In this document: piece after piece, positions 40,301 through 49,617 of the stretch | How the letters are laid out: each line of letters opens with the position of its first letter | How positions within the stretch are numbered: the stretch's first letter is position 1 | Assembly (NCBI GenBank): GCA_964234715.1 | Contig: OZ174280.1 | Reading direction: 5' to 3' (one strand) | Length of the DNA stretch: 64,000 bases | Source of the DNA: Podarcis melisellensis | Lineage: Eukaryota | The notes under the pieces: generated by a model | What the model was told of the DNA's origin: nothing | What the model saw: only the letters and a program-made list of their open reading frames with translations | The model's database searches: none | Translations under genes and position numbers: made by a program

Positions 40301-42761
40301 TTGGAAAATGCATTAAGTAATTGGAAATGTATTAGTAACTGCCTGTATTTTACTTCCAAATACTGGAAAAAAACAAAAGCATTCATCATTGAAACAGTGA
40401 GAAAGGAAGAGTCAGCAGATTAAGTTACTGAATTAATGAACATACAGTAATAATAATAAAAAAAAACTTTGGGAAGGTATTAGCATTAATCAATTATCTT
40501 CGTGGGAAAGTTGGCACAATTTCATTGTTTGCTGGAATTGGCTGTGTGATGGCAGTTCTTCAAGGTAGGATATGGTCTGAAGAAGCATGAGACTATGACC
40601 TTGCTGGGTCTGAAACTATAGGATAACCAAAACACAGCCATTTTTCAGAAGTTACATTTATACAAAATTTTCTCTGTAGTTCTCCAACCAAATAATGTCT
40701 GGAGAAATGCATATATTTGTGGGAAAGCATGCATAGAAATGAATATGTTGGTGAAAATAACAGGTAGTTGCTAGCAAAAATGTGTACATTAGCCAAAACT
40801 GCACACAAAAAATGTTTATTAGCAGAAAGGCACACCTAAAATGCTGAAGCATTTTAGTGAGATTATTCAAAAAATGAAATTTGCAAAAAGCTGCAGAAAT
40901 GCGGAGAACCGAATCTAAGATTGGAAAAATGAGAAACTGGGAGATCTGAAATCAACAAATCCTTTGATCCCCAATCACCAGCATCCTCCAAAACATTAAA
41001 CCAATTTATGTGTGCCATGACCTCATCACAGTCACCCACCCACATTCCACATCCTTGGTAGCTCCCAATGTTTCGAAGGAAACTTGACACAGGGCTACTA
41101 TTTTTGACAGCAAGTATAACACCCAGTTCCACTCAGAAGTGGTTCTGTGAACAGGTCCTATTTAGTAGAGTTTGAGGCTAGTATCAATTCTTGTGAGTGA
41201 AGAATATCAGCATGTCCAGCAATTTCATTAAAGTCAAGGTGACGTGGAAGGTCACAGCATCAGATAAAAAATTCAATGTCTGCTAGTCTGCCGAATGCAG
41301 GCTGTGCAAAAAATGGGGCCGTCACAACACGCCAAATGATCCTTTGAATAGCACTGGCAGTTCTTAAACATCCTTGTGAAGATGGTTCAAGAGCTAGGCT
41401 GGCTGTGAATCCTGGGGTCAGAGACTATACACTGTCTGACATGTAGCGATAACATTTTCCCTCATGGCCTGTCTTCTTTTCCTGTAGTGTGTCTGCCCAC
41501 AAACTGTCGAGCGATGCCTGCTTCATCCTCTATGAGTTTTGGCAAGATGTGGCTTCATGGAGAAGGTTGGTGGCTCCTGACAATTCATGCAGTATTTGCG
41601 GGGAGATGGAGTGGCGGGGGGAGGCCTCAGAGCGGATGTCCAGTTAGCATGGGTCAGTACTCAGGGATGATGGGAGTTGTAGTTCAGCAACATCTGAAAG
41701 GCACCACATTGGCTACTCCTAATCTCAGAAGTCACCCATAGAAGAAGTTCCATAAGACTTGCCTCTTNNNNNNNNNNNNNNNNNNNNNNNNNNNNNNNNN
41801 NNNNNNNNNNNNNNNNNNNNNNNNNNNNNNNNNNNNNNNNNNNNNNNNNNNNNNNNNNNNNNNNNNNNNNNNNNNNNNNNNNNNNNNNNNNNNNNNNNNN
41901 NNNNNNNNNNNNNNNNNNNNNNNNNNNNNNNNNNNNNNNNNNNNNNNNNNNNNNNNNNNNNNNNNNNNNCCATTTCTTTGCAGCCACCTGCAATCAAACT
42001 ACAGTAAGAAGTTTCAGCGTGCCATCATTGACTTATTGGACTCTCCAGAACTTTTGACCACCATGCTCTTTCCAGGTTGAGTACTGATTGATGTAGATTT
42101 GCAATTTTGCCTCTAATTTTGCTTTTATTGCTTTTTTAAAAAAAGTGCATCAGACCTAGAGATGAGAAGGCCTGGAAAAAACCGGAAAAATGGGGAGGGG
42201 ACCAGTTTTTCCCCTTTTTCTCCAAACTTAAATAACGGCTTTGGAAAAGGGAGAAAAACTGGTTATTTCCCCAATTTTTCCGGGTTTTTTTTTCCAGGCC
42301 TTCCTATCTCTAATCAGACCTCTTAACATTACATCAGAAACAAGTCACATAGTGTGTCTCGATTCTGATCTAAATTTTATTTGGCATTTCAGAGCTGTGT
42401 TCCATACTTTATGTTCCTTGGAATAAGTTGTAGTTATTCTTGCAAAAGAAATACTTAAAAATTATTAGACTAAATTGTAGCCCAGTCTGTCCGTTTGAGC
42501 AGGGCTGGTCCAAGCCATTTTGGCACCAAAATAGTGCCTTGCCCTCTGCACCAGGAAAGAAGGGGTGGGGGGTGATCTATATCAGGAACAAATGTGGGTG
42601 GGAAAGAAAGATGGACATGGGGTTCTCCTGCCCCAGTGGACCCTGCTGCCTAAGGCGGTCACCTCACCATGCCTCATGGGTGGGCCGGTCCTGCATTTGA
42701 GTTTTGTGAACCCCTTGTTTTTGTTTCCTCAGCTTGCTGGTGGATCATGAACAATAACTGA
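8189..42761 (+). CDS. NECAB3: N-terminal EF-hand calcium-binding protein 3, 5'-partial; join(8189..8214,8755..8852,31038..31174,32537..32658,34615..34694,37142..37198,39790..39902,41488..41565,41984..42075,42733..42761)
   Basis: Ten AG/GT-bounded exons join in frame: [69 protein letters not shown]...[17 protein letters not shown]...HILVAQRQ...LYEFWQD...[20 protein letters not shown] homology region plus C-terminal ABM domain. The WWIMNNN end and nested ACTL10 identify paralog 3. Earlier exons not found in the window. Confidence 0.95.
8412..8607 (+). mobile_element. tRNA(Ala)-like SINE (Squam2-like); related degenerate copies near 320-490(-), 11968-12130, 20090-20190, 36127-36325
   Basis: gtagctcagcagtggagcatc..gggttcaatcc..gctgctgccagtc..gtagacaatactgagctagatgg..cagcttcctgtgttcct. 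Confidence 0.75.
8755..8852 (+). CDS. NECAB3: NECAB3 exon, 98 nt ([10 protein letters not shown]...AMDKTKL)
   Basis: ctgtag|AG TAT...AAA CTG|gtaggt; phase 1 to 0. Confidence 0.95.
13153..13878 (-). mobile_element. 5'-truncated L2-clade LINE (RT C-terminus) with (AAT)n tail
   Basis: [55 protein letters not shown] are L2 ORF2 motifs; (TTA)n at 13153-13196. Confidence 0.92.
14808..14860. repeat. (GT)n microsatellite
   Basis: Seen directly. Confidence 0.95.
15252..15313. repeat. (AATAT)n microsatellite
   Basis: Seen directly. Confidence 0.95.
15817..16935 (-). CDS. ACTL10: Actin-like protein 10, intronless, 372 aa, nested antisense in a NECAB3 intron
   Basis: Actin fold: [83 protein letters not shown] matches recalled ACTL10 (GLAVEAGAGVCHATPI). 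Position inside NECAB3 matches human ACTL10. Confidence 0.92.
   Translation of the reverse strand: MGKVAIVVDNGSAFIRSGFAGEERPRISMKTTYLPPTDPGMTQDKHLSISCNVHAKGSFRRSPDHPVRHGIIVDWEAMENLWSHLFYCGLRVPVEDHPMLMSDSPSCPTTNREKMAEVFFESFGVPALHVANTGFLSLCACGRVTGLSVEAGAGVSHVTPIHSGQTWMEGTYRLDVAGRALCKHMHALLLESSNDPQLLGSLDKKMVARLTKQYCYVSMDYERDLQGKACQDPVSVQIPDGHLLMLDKERICCPEPLFRPHLLSQNSPGLHILAFQSLQKFPAEFQGELMHNVVLSGGSSLFPGFPERMCKELHALLHGRGHPIKILASPARGKAAWLGGSLVASLSSFSGFWMNKEDYQEHGATYVHEKFK
17437..17600. repeat. Palindromic MITE-like repeat upstream of ACTL10
   Basis: taagccatggttt ... aaccatggcttag inverted ends and repeated ggtttat motifs. Confidence 0.5.
21339..21344 (-). terminator. Polyadenylation signal of C20orf144-like gene
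   Basis: AATAAA on minus strand (tttatt on +) 60 nt past TGA. Confidence 0.55.
21404..21751 (-). CDS. C20orf144: C20orf144-like coding exon 2 (115 aa + stop)
   Basis: 3' part of ORF 21404..21916 after the acceptor ttctgttttgcttacag. Confidence 0.82.
   Translation of the reverse strand, partial: VKVVLLPPLGKLSHGSKVLPLFTLPLGSRVNFCGRQEPRGYRGDSPSSPSLPFPSAARRGGGDGDHQLRKILTMFFLVEAEKTGLNADGDSTVAKNKTKNWYTIHPVGMRGPPGL
21404..25166 (-). CDS. C20orf144: C20orf144 (Bclt)-like protein, 153 aa; complement(join(21404..21751,25053..25166))
   Basis: Exon 1 [38 protein letters not shown]|gtaagt joins in phase 0 to ttgcttacag|[11 protein letters not shown]...GSRVNF...[21 protein letters not shown]...PPGL*. 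Collinear with recalled human MGNYSSHKRTK..PADMDK../TRIVLILPLDK..GQRIDY..RGAGEGSE. Syntenic position. AATAAA 60 nt after the stop. Confidence 0.82.
22586..22985. mobile_element. hAT (Charlie-like) non-autonomous element with internal tandem repeats
   Basis: CAGGGGT..ACCCCTG ends; exact 8-bp TSD cactagtg. Confidence 0.88.
24009..24088. mobile_element. 80-bp hairpin mariner-type MITE
   Basis: cagggtgagtcctttaaaagaggcccc ... ggggcctcttttaaaagactcaccctg in a TA-rich context. Confidence 0.8.
25053..25166 (-). CDS. C20orf144: C20orf144-like coding exon 1 (38 codons; an extra in-frame ATG at 25169)
   Basis: ggcATG ATG GGG AAT AAC ATC TCC CAC...TCC ACT|gtaagt; too short for the ORF track. Confidence 0.8.
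27079..27418 (-). mobile_element. Sauria SINE (Squam1/POM type)
   Basis: Reverse complement of the GGGACGCGGGTGGCGCTGTGG head and ACCTTT tail; 12-bp TSD tctagtgattgt. Confidence 0.9.
27510..27637 (-). mobile_element. tRNA-Lys(CTT)-headed SINE with CR1-type tail
   Basis: ctcagttggtagagcatgagactcttaatctcagggtcttgggttcaagccccac followed by ctgcattgcagggggttgg..cccttccaac..ttctatgattcta. Confidence 0.8.
27779..28009. mobile_element. Tc1/mariner-type MITE
   Basis: ta|cagtggtacctc...gaggtaccactg|ta. Confidence 0.88.
29820..29955 (+). mobile_element. CR1 LINE 3' fragment
   Basis: gggggttggactagatgacccttggggtcccttccaactctatgattctatg. Confidence 0.75.
31038..31174 (+). CDS. NECAB3: NECAB3 exon, 137 nt ([20 protein letters not shown]...AGRER)
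   Basis: ctccag|GTA...GAA AG|gtacaa; [15 protein letters not shown] signature. Confidence 0.96.
31219..31383 (-). mobile_element. hAT MITE, CAGTGGCGTAGC family
   Basis: Terminal inverted repeats; degenerate TSD aaagtcac/aaaggcgc. Confidence 0.85.
31456..31541. repeat. (CCTT)n microsatellite
   Basis: Seen directly. Confidence 0.95.
32537..32658 (+). CDS. NECAB3: NECAB3 exon, 122 nt (KDVTKSE...RCGRRAQK...MLTT)
   Basis: tttcag|G AAG...ACA G|gtactg; phase 2 to 1. Confidence 0.9.
34318..34378. repeat. (GA)n microsatellite
   Basis: Seen directly. Confidence 0.95.
34615..34694 (+). CDS. NECAB3: NECAB3 exon, 80 nt ([10 protein letters not shown]...QLIDKLECK)
   Basis: catccag|GT GTT...TGT AAG|gtgggc. 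Confidence 0.93.
37142..37198 (+). CDS. NECAB3: NECAB3 exon, 57 nt ([19 protein letters not shown])
   Basis: actcag|AGT...TCT|gtaagt. Confidence 0.92.
37478..37736. mobile_element. pogo/Tc2-type MITE
   Basis: TA TSD, TIR ccgtatttttcgctctataagac / gtcttatagagcaaaaaatacag, internal palindrome near 37565-37640. Confidence 0.85.
37969..38330 (+). mobile_element. Sauria SINE, CpG-rich divergent subfamily
   Basis: gggacgcaggtggcgctgtgggtt...(acctttacct) tail; ttaaag on both sides. Confidence 0.9.
38783..39258 (+). mobile_element. tRNA-derived CORE-like SINE (Squam3-like) with (CTT)n tail, interrupted by a hAT MITE
   Basis: A/B boxes tggtgtagtgg and gggttca, gctgggtgaccttgggc core, ttcttc tail. 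Confidence 0.75.
39002..39211 (+). mobile_element. hAT MITE, CAGTGGCGTAGC family, nested in a SINE
   Basis: 17-bp TIR cagtggcgtagcgtggg; TSD aaagacgg/aaaggtgg. Confidence 0.88.
39790..39902 (+). CDS. NECAB3: NECAB3 exon, 113 nt ([11 protein letters not shown]...QSSCLH)
   Basis: ctgcag|CAC...CTA CA|gtaagt; start of ABM domain. Confidence 0.95.
41488..41565 (+). CDS. NECAB3: NECAB3 exon, 78 nt (VSAHKL...[12 protein letters not shown])
   Basis: ctgtag|T GTG...AGA AG|gttggt. Confidence 0.95.
41768..41969. other. Assembly gap
   Basis: N run. Confidence 1.
41984..42075 (+). CDS. NECAB3: NECAB3 exon, 92 nt ([12 protein letters not shown]...TTMLFP)
   Basis: ttgcag|C CAC...CCA G|gttgag; the acceptor lies just after an N gap. 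Confidence 0.95.
42157..42312. mobile_element. Palindromic hAT MITE
   Basis: tagagatgagaaggcctggaaaa..ttttccaggccttcctatctcta; exact TSD atcagacc. Confidence 0.85.
42733..42761 (+). CDS. NECAB3: NECAB3 last coding exon (ACWWIMNNN*)
   Basis: cctcag|CT TGC TGG TGG ATC ATG AAC AAT AAC TGA. Confidence 0.95.
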
Positions 42762-43881
42762 TCTCCCCATGGCATTCCCTCAAGGCAGCCAGCATGTGGA
42801 TGGAGCAAGCATTCTCTTCGAAAGACAGCCTTCCTTCCAGGGTTGTCCTCCCACCCTCTTCAGTGTTGCTTTTCTCATCTATCTTAATGTGGAATGCTTT
42901 TACCTTCTTTCCTTCTGCAGCTTTGGGAATGGGGCAGCACTTTGGAATGCACCCTGCAATCCTTCCTGAATGTTGTCTTCCTGCCACCTCCTACCTTTTT
43001 GACATTAGGAGTTTCACCCAGAATAATGCCATAGCCTTGCTAGCCTCTTTGACGATAAGAACAGCCTATTATTTTGGATTGTTGGTGCTACAACAGTCGG
43101 TTTGACCATCCGGCATAGCATGATGTACCTCCACTGTCGGAGGCAGCACGGCTATGAATTCCAGTTGCTGGGAATGACAGGTAGGAAGAGTGCTGGTGCA
43201 CTCAGGTCCTACTTGTGGGGCTTGCCATAGGCATCTGATTGTCCACCCACCATATGAACATGGGCCTTTGGCCCAATCTAGCAAGCGCTTCCTGCAGTCT
43301 GAGGATGGCGCCACACAGGGAGCACAATTCATACAGATTATTGTGGAGATGTAAGGCCATAACTCTGAGATGCAAGGCCAATACTGGAGCTGTATATTGT
43401 CATCCCACAAAGCTTTGGGGATAAATTAATGAGAAGACCAAACAATTTTTAGGTCAGCTGTAACCAGCTCTTTCCTGCCCTGTGCCTGAGGTCATTGCAG
43501 AGTGCTTAGGAAACTTTGGTCAAGGAGGGCAAAATTAGAAGATTCTCCAGTAAGGATCAATGTTTTGCATTAGGGGCTGTGTGCATTTTGTGATCCTGCC
43601 AAAGTGAAAAAAACAACAACAACACATACATACATACATACATACATACATACATACATACTTAAAGCCCAGTCTGACCTTTGAGAACTAGGTGTCATAT
43701 CTGCAATGTTCAGTTCAAGTTAAATGGCAGCCCCTGACCTTTTCCAAATCTGCCTTACTTGTTAATAAGATCTTTCTGAGCATCACTTCCTCAATTTATT
43801 GATGCATTTCTAGTACCTTTGACAGTGTGTTCCTTACTAATAAGCTTAAAGAAAGGTGGTCCAGCTCCTAGTGCTAAAAAC

Positions 43882-44012
43882 GTTGGTTAGAGCGTGGTGC
43901 TGATAATACCAAGGTTGCAGGTTCGATCTCCATATGGGACAGCTGCCTATTCCTGCATTGCAGGGGGTTGGACTAGATGATCCTCAGGGTCCCTTCCAGC
44001 TTGATTCCATGA
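43882..44012 (+). mobile_element. tRNA-Ile-headed SINE with CR1-type tail
   Basis: gttggttagagcgtggtgctgataataccaaggttgcaggttcgatc followed by ttcctgcattgcagggggttggactagatgatcctcagggtcccttcca. Confidence 0.8.
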
Positions 44013-44186
44013 AATGAAATAGGTCATAATTAGCATCAGAGCCAGAACAGACAACGTGTTTTGTCGTCTATGGTATCATAGTACCATGAATAGCTGACAG
44101 GAAATTTCGCGCTCTTGTGTTCTTTGTTTCAAGATAGACATTTTCCTCAGAATCTCACCAATATACATGCAGCAAAGGAGTATGAC

Positions 44187-44321
44187 CAGTGCTTTTTTTC
44201 TAGAAAAAATGGTGCCGGAACTCACCATGAACTCCTCACTTGTTCTCCTAAAATGGCAATGGCACCCATCTGAGAGGTGCCAGAACTGAGTTCTAGTGGG
44301 TTCCAGCTGAAAAAACCCCTG
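44187..44321. mobile_element. hAT MITE (related copy near 28660-28772)
   Basis: cagtgcttttttt..aaaaaacccctg; exact TSD agtatgac. Confidence 0.8.
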
Positions 44322-44389
44322 AGTATGACTTAGGCAGCTGTGATCCTTCAAACCCTTATCTGAGAGAAAGTCCCATTGAACTCCAAAGT

Positions 44390-44731
44390 TGGTGGCACTG
44401 TGGGTTAAACCACAGAGCCTAGGACTTGCCAATCAAAAGGTCGGCGGTTCGAATCCCCGCGACGGGGTGAGCTCCTGTTGCTCAGTCCCTGCTTCTGCCA
44501 ACCTAGCAGTTTGAAAGCACATCAAAGTGCAAGTAGATAAATAAGTACTGCTCCGGCGGGAAGGTAAACGGCATTTCCGTGTGCTGCTCTGGTCCGCCAG
44601 AAGTGGCTTAGTCATGCTGGCCACATGACCCGGAAGCTGTACGCCGGCTCCCTCGGCCAATAAAGCGAGATGAGTGCCACAACCCCAGAGTCAGTCACGA
44701 CTGGACCTATGGTCAGGGGTCTCTTTACCTA
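44390..44731 (+). mobile_element. Sauria SINE (probably in NECAB3 3' UTR)
   Basis: Same body as the other copies. Confidence 0.88.
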
Positions 44732-45236
44732 TACATGAATAGAATTGCACTGTTAGGCTGTAATCTTATGCATACCTTCCTTGGAGAAATCCCCAGTGGG
44801 GTTTCAGTAAACATGTTGAACTCTTAATCTTAAAAAGGGATATCCACTGGGGTGCCCTCCAGATGTTGTGAACTACAACTCCCTTCAGCCCCAGCCAGCA
44901 TGGCCAATGGTCAGGGATGATGGGAGTTGTAGTCCCCAGCATTGAGGTGGGGGGAGACCCACCAGATTGGCTATCCCTGATCTAAAACTAGCCTCAACTA
45001 CCTTTTTGGCTTTGAGAATATTCTCAAAGAAACATTAGGAATATAGATGAGCATCACCAACAGAATTTTAATTATCCTCCTAAAAATAGAAAACTTGGTG
45101 AAAACAGTGTCTTTTGGTGGGTGGGTGGGTTAATTTTATGTATTTACTGAATTTCAAGATTGCTCTTCTTTATCCATAGCAATCACAAGGCCATTTCCCA
45201 CCAATTTCTCCAACAATCTTAACACACATGGTCAAT

Positions 45237-45242
45237 AATAAA
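45237..45242 (+). terminator. Candidate NECAB3 polyadenylation signal AATAAA
   Basis: AATAAA about 2.5 kb after the stop; unverified, other sites possible. Confidence 0.3.
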
Positions 45243-45957
45243 AGCACATTTTCATCTCAAAACACAGCAGTGTAGAGTAATAACCCAGGGTTTTGAACAA
45301 CTAAATTACCCTCCATCAACAGAGTCCTATATAAAACACTCAATACTGTCCTTTCACATTGATTTTTTGGGTGGCTTGCAAGACTGCAAATAATATAAAA
45401 CATAACAAAAAAGAGAAGAAAAACAACATCATAAAGCAACAATTAAAAGCACCATAGGACCAGCTCAGTTTTTAAAAAGCTGGCATTTGAAACATGGTCC
45501 TGAAATGTCTGTTTTTCACGCATCCTATTATTTAAATCTGCAAAGAAAAACAAAGTGTCAGGGCTGAAGTTAAACACTCCCCTCCATCCTCTCTATTTCT
45601 TCTCTGCTTCAAAGTACTTTGCAAAGGTGAAGGGGTTGCTCAAATGGGTGTGACGTGTGGCTGCACCGTGATGTGTGGTTTGTCCCTAAGCAGTGGTGCA
45701 TTGATGGTGGCTGCTGCCCCTGGGCAGAAGAGATTTGCTCCACCCCTTCAACAATAAATCCTACATGTCTACTCAGAAATAATTCCTGCTAGATGGAATG
45801 AGGTTTCCTCTCATGTAAAAGGTAAAGGGACCCCTGACAATTAAGTCCAGTCACAGGTAAGTGGGGCCAAAACTGTGTTGAATCCTGAATAGGATCAATC
45901 TGGGCTGGCTTCCTCCTCCACGCAGCTTTGGTGGCAGGAGAGAGAAGCAGACTGCCT

Positions 45958-46090
45958 NNNNNNNNNNNNNNNNNNNNNNNNNNNNNNNNNNNNNNNNNNN
46001 NNNNNNNNNNNNNNNNNNNNNNNNNNNNNNNNNNNNNNNNNNNNNNNNNNNNNNNNNNNNNNNNNNNNNNNNNNNNNNNNNNNNNNNNNN
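45958..46090. other. Assembly gap
   Basis: N run. Confidence 1.
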
Positions 46091-46230
46091 TGTTGCAGCT
46101 TGGATGAAAATAATCTACTGGAGTTTCAAAGCAAATTTTTTAAAAGCATTTGGACTTGGGGAAAGGGAGCATGTGCTTTATTTTATTTTGGGGAAACCTC
46201 ATTAACAGGAGACAAACTTTCTAGAGGCAC

Positions 46231-46232
<2 letters not shown>

Positions 46233-46279
<47 letters not shown>
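46233..46279. repeat. (GT)n microsatellite
   Basis: Seen directly. Confidence 0.95.
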
Positions 46280-46282
<3 letters not shown>

Positions 46283-46547
46283 GGAAGTGAAACTATGGGG
46301 CATGTTGTAGTCAAAGATAATCAACTTTAAAGCCCTACTGAAATGAATGGCATGTGAAAAATGCTTAATTTTGGCTGGATCATGTCCTGTGATTTATGCC
46401 ATGGGGCAGAGATAGCTGAAACTGCAGTCTACTCAGCATAGTGGACATCAAAAAGGGAGGGATATAATCAGGGGGAGGCTAGATGCTAGAAATTTATTTT
46501 CTTTGATGGGGCTGCTCCTTCATGCTGCTCCATGCTATTCTCTAGGT

Positions 46548-46798
46548 CAGGGGTCAGCAAACTTTTTCAGCAGGGGGTCGGTCCACTGTCCCTCAGACCA
46601 TGTGGGGGGCAGACTCTATTTTTTTTGGGGGGGAATGAACGAATTCCTATGCCCCACAAATAACCCAGAGATGCATTTTAAATAAATGGGCACATTCTAC
46701 TCATGTAAGAAGACACTGATTCCCGGACCGTCTGCGGGCCGGATTGAGAAGGCGATTGGGCTGGATCCGGCCCCCAGACCTTAGTTTGCCTACCCATG
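46548..46798. mobile_element. hAT (Charlie-like) MITE
   Basis: caggggtcagcaaact..agtttgcctacccatg; exact TSD ctctaggt. Confidence 0.88.
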
Positions 46799-49265
46799 CT
46801 CTAGGTCTTACTTCTAAGTAGACATGCAAATGATCTGGCTCCTCTTACAATCTGCAGTATGTGGGGAATAATTGTGACCTACTTTACCAGGGTGCTGTAA
46901 AAAGGTAAGAGACTGAGATGAAGTGTGTGGAGCATTAGAAATGATAATGTAAACATAGAAAGCATCACCTTCCTAGAGAAGAGAAACAAAGTCTGACCTG
47001 TCAGCTCAAAAGCACGGGGGAAAGGAGAAAGGCCAGGCCTGCTGCTGCCGCCACGTACAAGCTTCCTCCAGCATGTTGTACTTGGTGGGACAGCACTATA
47101 GGATCTCATCTCTCAAATGAAAGCAAATAAGCTCACATGTGCAGTGGCTGCTCAGCATAAAATATCCCAACATGGAATGAATCTCAGGTAATTTATGTCA
47201 CCCAGTCAGTGCATGCAAGCTGAATTGCAATCGCTCCTATTCAGGAGTCTGTGGTGCATATCTTCCCATGAATCCCAAACTGACTAGCCTAGGAGCAAGG
47301 TGGTCTGCCGGGCAAGGATGCAAACAAACATGGCCTCCTCAAATTTGCCGCCCAGTGCAACTGCCTGGTTTCCCCTTCTGCAAATACCAGTAAAAATGAT
47401 TTGCAGAAAGCCCTCCTGCTCCTCTCTTGTGGTTCTAGATGGCAGACCACTGCCAACAGGCAGCTCAGCAAAATTTATTCTGCTATGAATAATATGAACC
47501 TGAAACAAAAGCAACAACAACAAAGAAGAACAGAAAATTGCACGCTTTTCAAATCAAGACATTGATTTCTCTGAAGTGGCACTTTGCCATCTGTAGCGCG
47601 TTCTATGTTCTGTGAATATTTTTTTCCAGTAAAATAAGGAGTTGTTTTCAAAACGAGAGAGGGAGAGAGAGAAGCAGCTTCATTTATTTTACTAATGCCT
47701 GGTTATTTAGTATTCCTTTTGTGTATATTCAAGGCTCTGCCTGTATTCAGTAACTGACACATGGCTGTGTTATCCAGTTTTCCTTACCTCTTAATAAACA
47801 ATTCCACACTCCTGGACTGGATTGGTTGAGTTTTAAGTCTGCCTCCTCTGATTAATTTTCCTAAATGTATTTGGGTGAATAACCAAAGCTAAAGAGAGTG
47901 CGGGTTCCCTGATGGAACTCTTCAGAATAAGGCCACTCAAAAACACTTGTTCTCTTATAAATAAAGTGAACCTTAACACGCATACAAAAACCTGAAAAAA
48001 CCAAGGGAAAGCATAAAATAGTGAGCTGGGGGCGGGGGCGGAACCAAGGCATTGATTTCTCTGAAGTGGCACTTTGATGCTTTGCCATCTGTATTTTCTC
48101 TATAAATGTGTTTTTGCATTCAATGGTTTTTTTAAATATATATATATATATATACATATTTTTAGCAGGTTCATTTTGAAATGTCTTGTTTATTTGAACA
48201 GTTAGGGGGAAAGAACACAGGGTAGTCTTCTTTAGTAGTGGAATATGAAGGAAGGCTTTGGTAACTACAGAAGCTGGGTATTCAGCACAGGATAAGAAGC
48301 TAATCCTTAGATGATATGAAGGGATACTTCAATGGATTGTGAGGGCATAGCTTGTGGGTTGCCTGGGTGCCAGTAATGGATGTGAAAGATTACAAGGGCA
48401 GATGTCAGATGTCAGTGGATCTTCAATGACACCCGGGCATATTTCATTATCAGCTCTGGTAAGCAAAACATCTGAGAACTCTAATGGTGGTGCTTTCATG
48501 AGGTGTCAACATTACTAATGGCTACTATTGATTCTTGTTCTCTCATAGCAGAGTTAGCACATCGGCGATTGGTTAGATTTACATCTGCCACCACCCACCT
48601 TTAAACAAATGTTCCCCACAAAAATACTTAGGCTGGACTAAATCACAGGCAGCTAGCTTTGCAAACAAGTGAATATTTTACTCACAGCGTTACAGCAAAC
48701 ATCTATTGGCAGTAAAATGAAGATGGAAAAGGTTCCAAACAACTTTTTAAAAGAAAATAATTTGGCTTCTTTACAAAAACCAATCTCACAATGTTCAGGT
48801 TAGCAAAGATGCAGGCTTTAAAATGTCATTTTAGAGAGATTCATTTCACCTGCAGGGAGCCATGGCCACATGACTCCTTCTTCATTTCTTCCAGGAAGAA
48901 CGAAGAGGGGAAAACTGACAGGATGGGGAACAGAGGCTGCTGAGAGCCTGTTAAATCTCACCTACTCATGTAGCTAGAGCTTAGGGTTCAAGTTGACCTT
49001 TTCACGCATGCAAGTGTGAGTCAATAACTGTATATTACAACATGGCCTCCTCCTAGGATTGTGTGTTCCCCTCTCCCTCTGTGTGGCCAGGAGGAGGAGT
49101 TCAAAAGCTTCTGCTTCCACACTGAACTCTGGTCAACGTTAATTATGGTTCGTTTAAGCAAGCTGCTTTCAGAAACCACAGTCTGAAGTTGGTTTATGTG
49201 GGAGAGCACCTGTATGTGGAAGGTGCTGGGTTCAGTCTCTCCAGCATCTCTAAGTAGGACTGGGA

Positions 49266-49617
49266 GGTAAAGTAAAGGTAAAGGGACCCCTGACCATTAG
49301 GTTCAGTCGTGGCCGACTCTGGGGTTGCAGCGCTCATCTCGCTTTATTGGCTGAGGGAGCCGGCGTACCGCTTCCGGGTCATGTGGCCAGCATGACTAAG
49401 CCGCTTCTGGCGAACCAGAGCAGCGCACGGAAACGCCGTTTACCTTCCCGCCGGAGCGGTACCTATTTATCTACTTGCACTTTGATGTGCTTTCGAACTG
49501 CTAGGTTGGCAGGAGCAGGGACAGAGCAAGGGGAGCTCACTCGGTCGCTGGGATTCGAACCGCCGACCTTCTGATCAGCAAGTCCTAGGCTCTGTGGTTT
49601 AACCCACAGTGCCACCC
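49266..49617 (-). mobile_element. Sauria SINE inserted in an older tRNA-SINE
   Basis: aaaggtaaagggacccctgacc...cagtgccacc; flanks resemble Squam2-like sequence. Confidence 0.88.

Noticed and set aside
47579-48075. GCACTTT miR-17 sites suggesting an E2F1-like 3' UTR
   Set aside because: No linked coding exon; the motif is part of a local duplication
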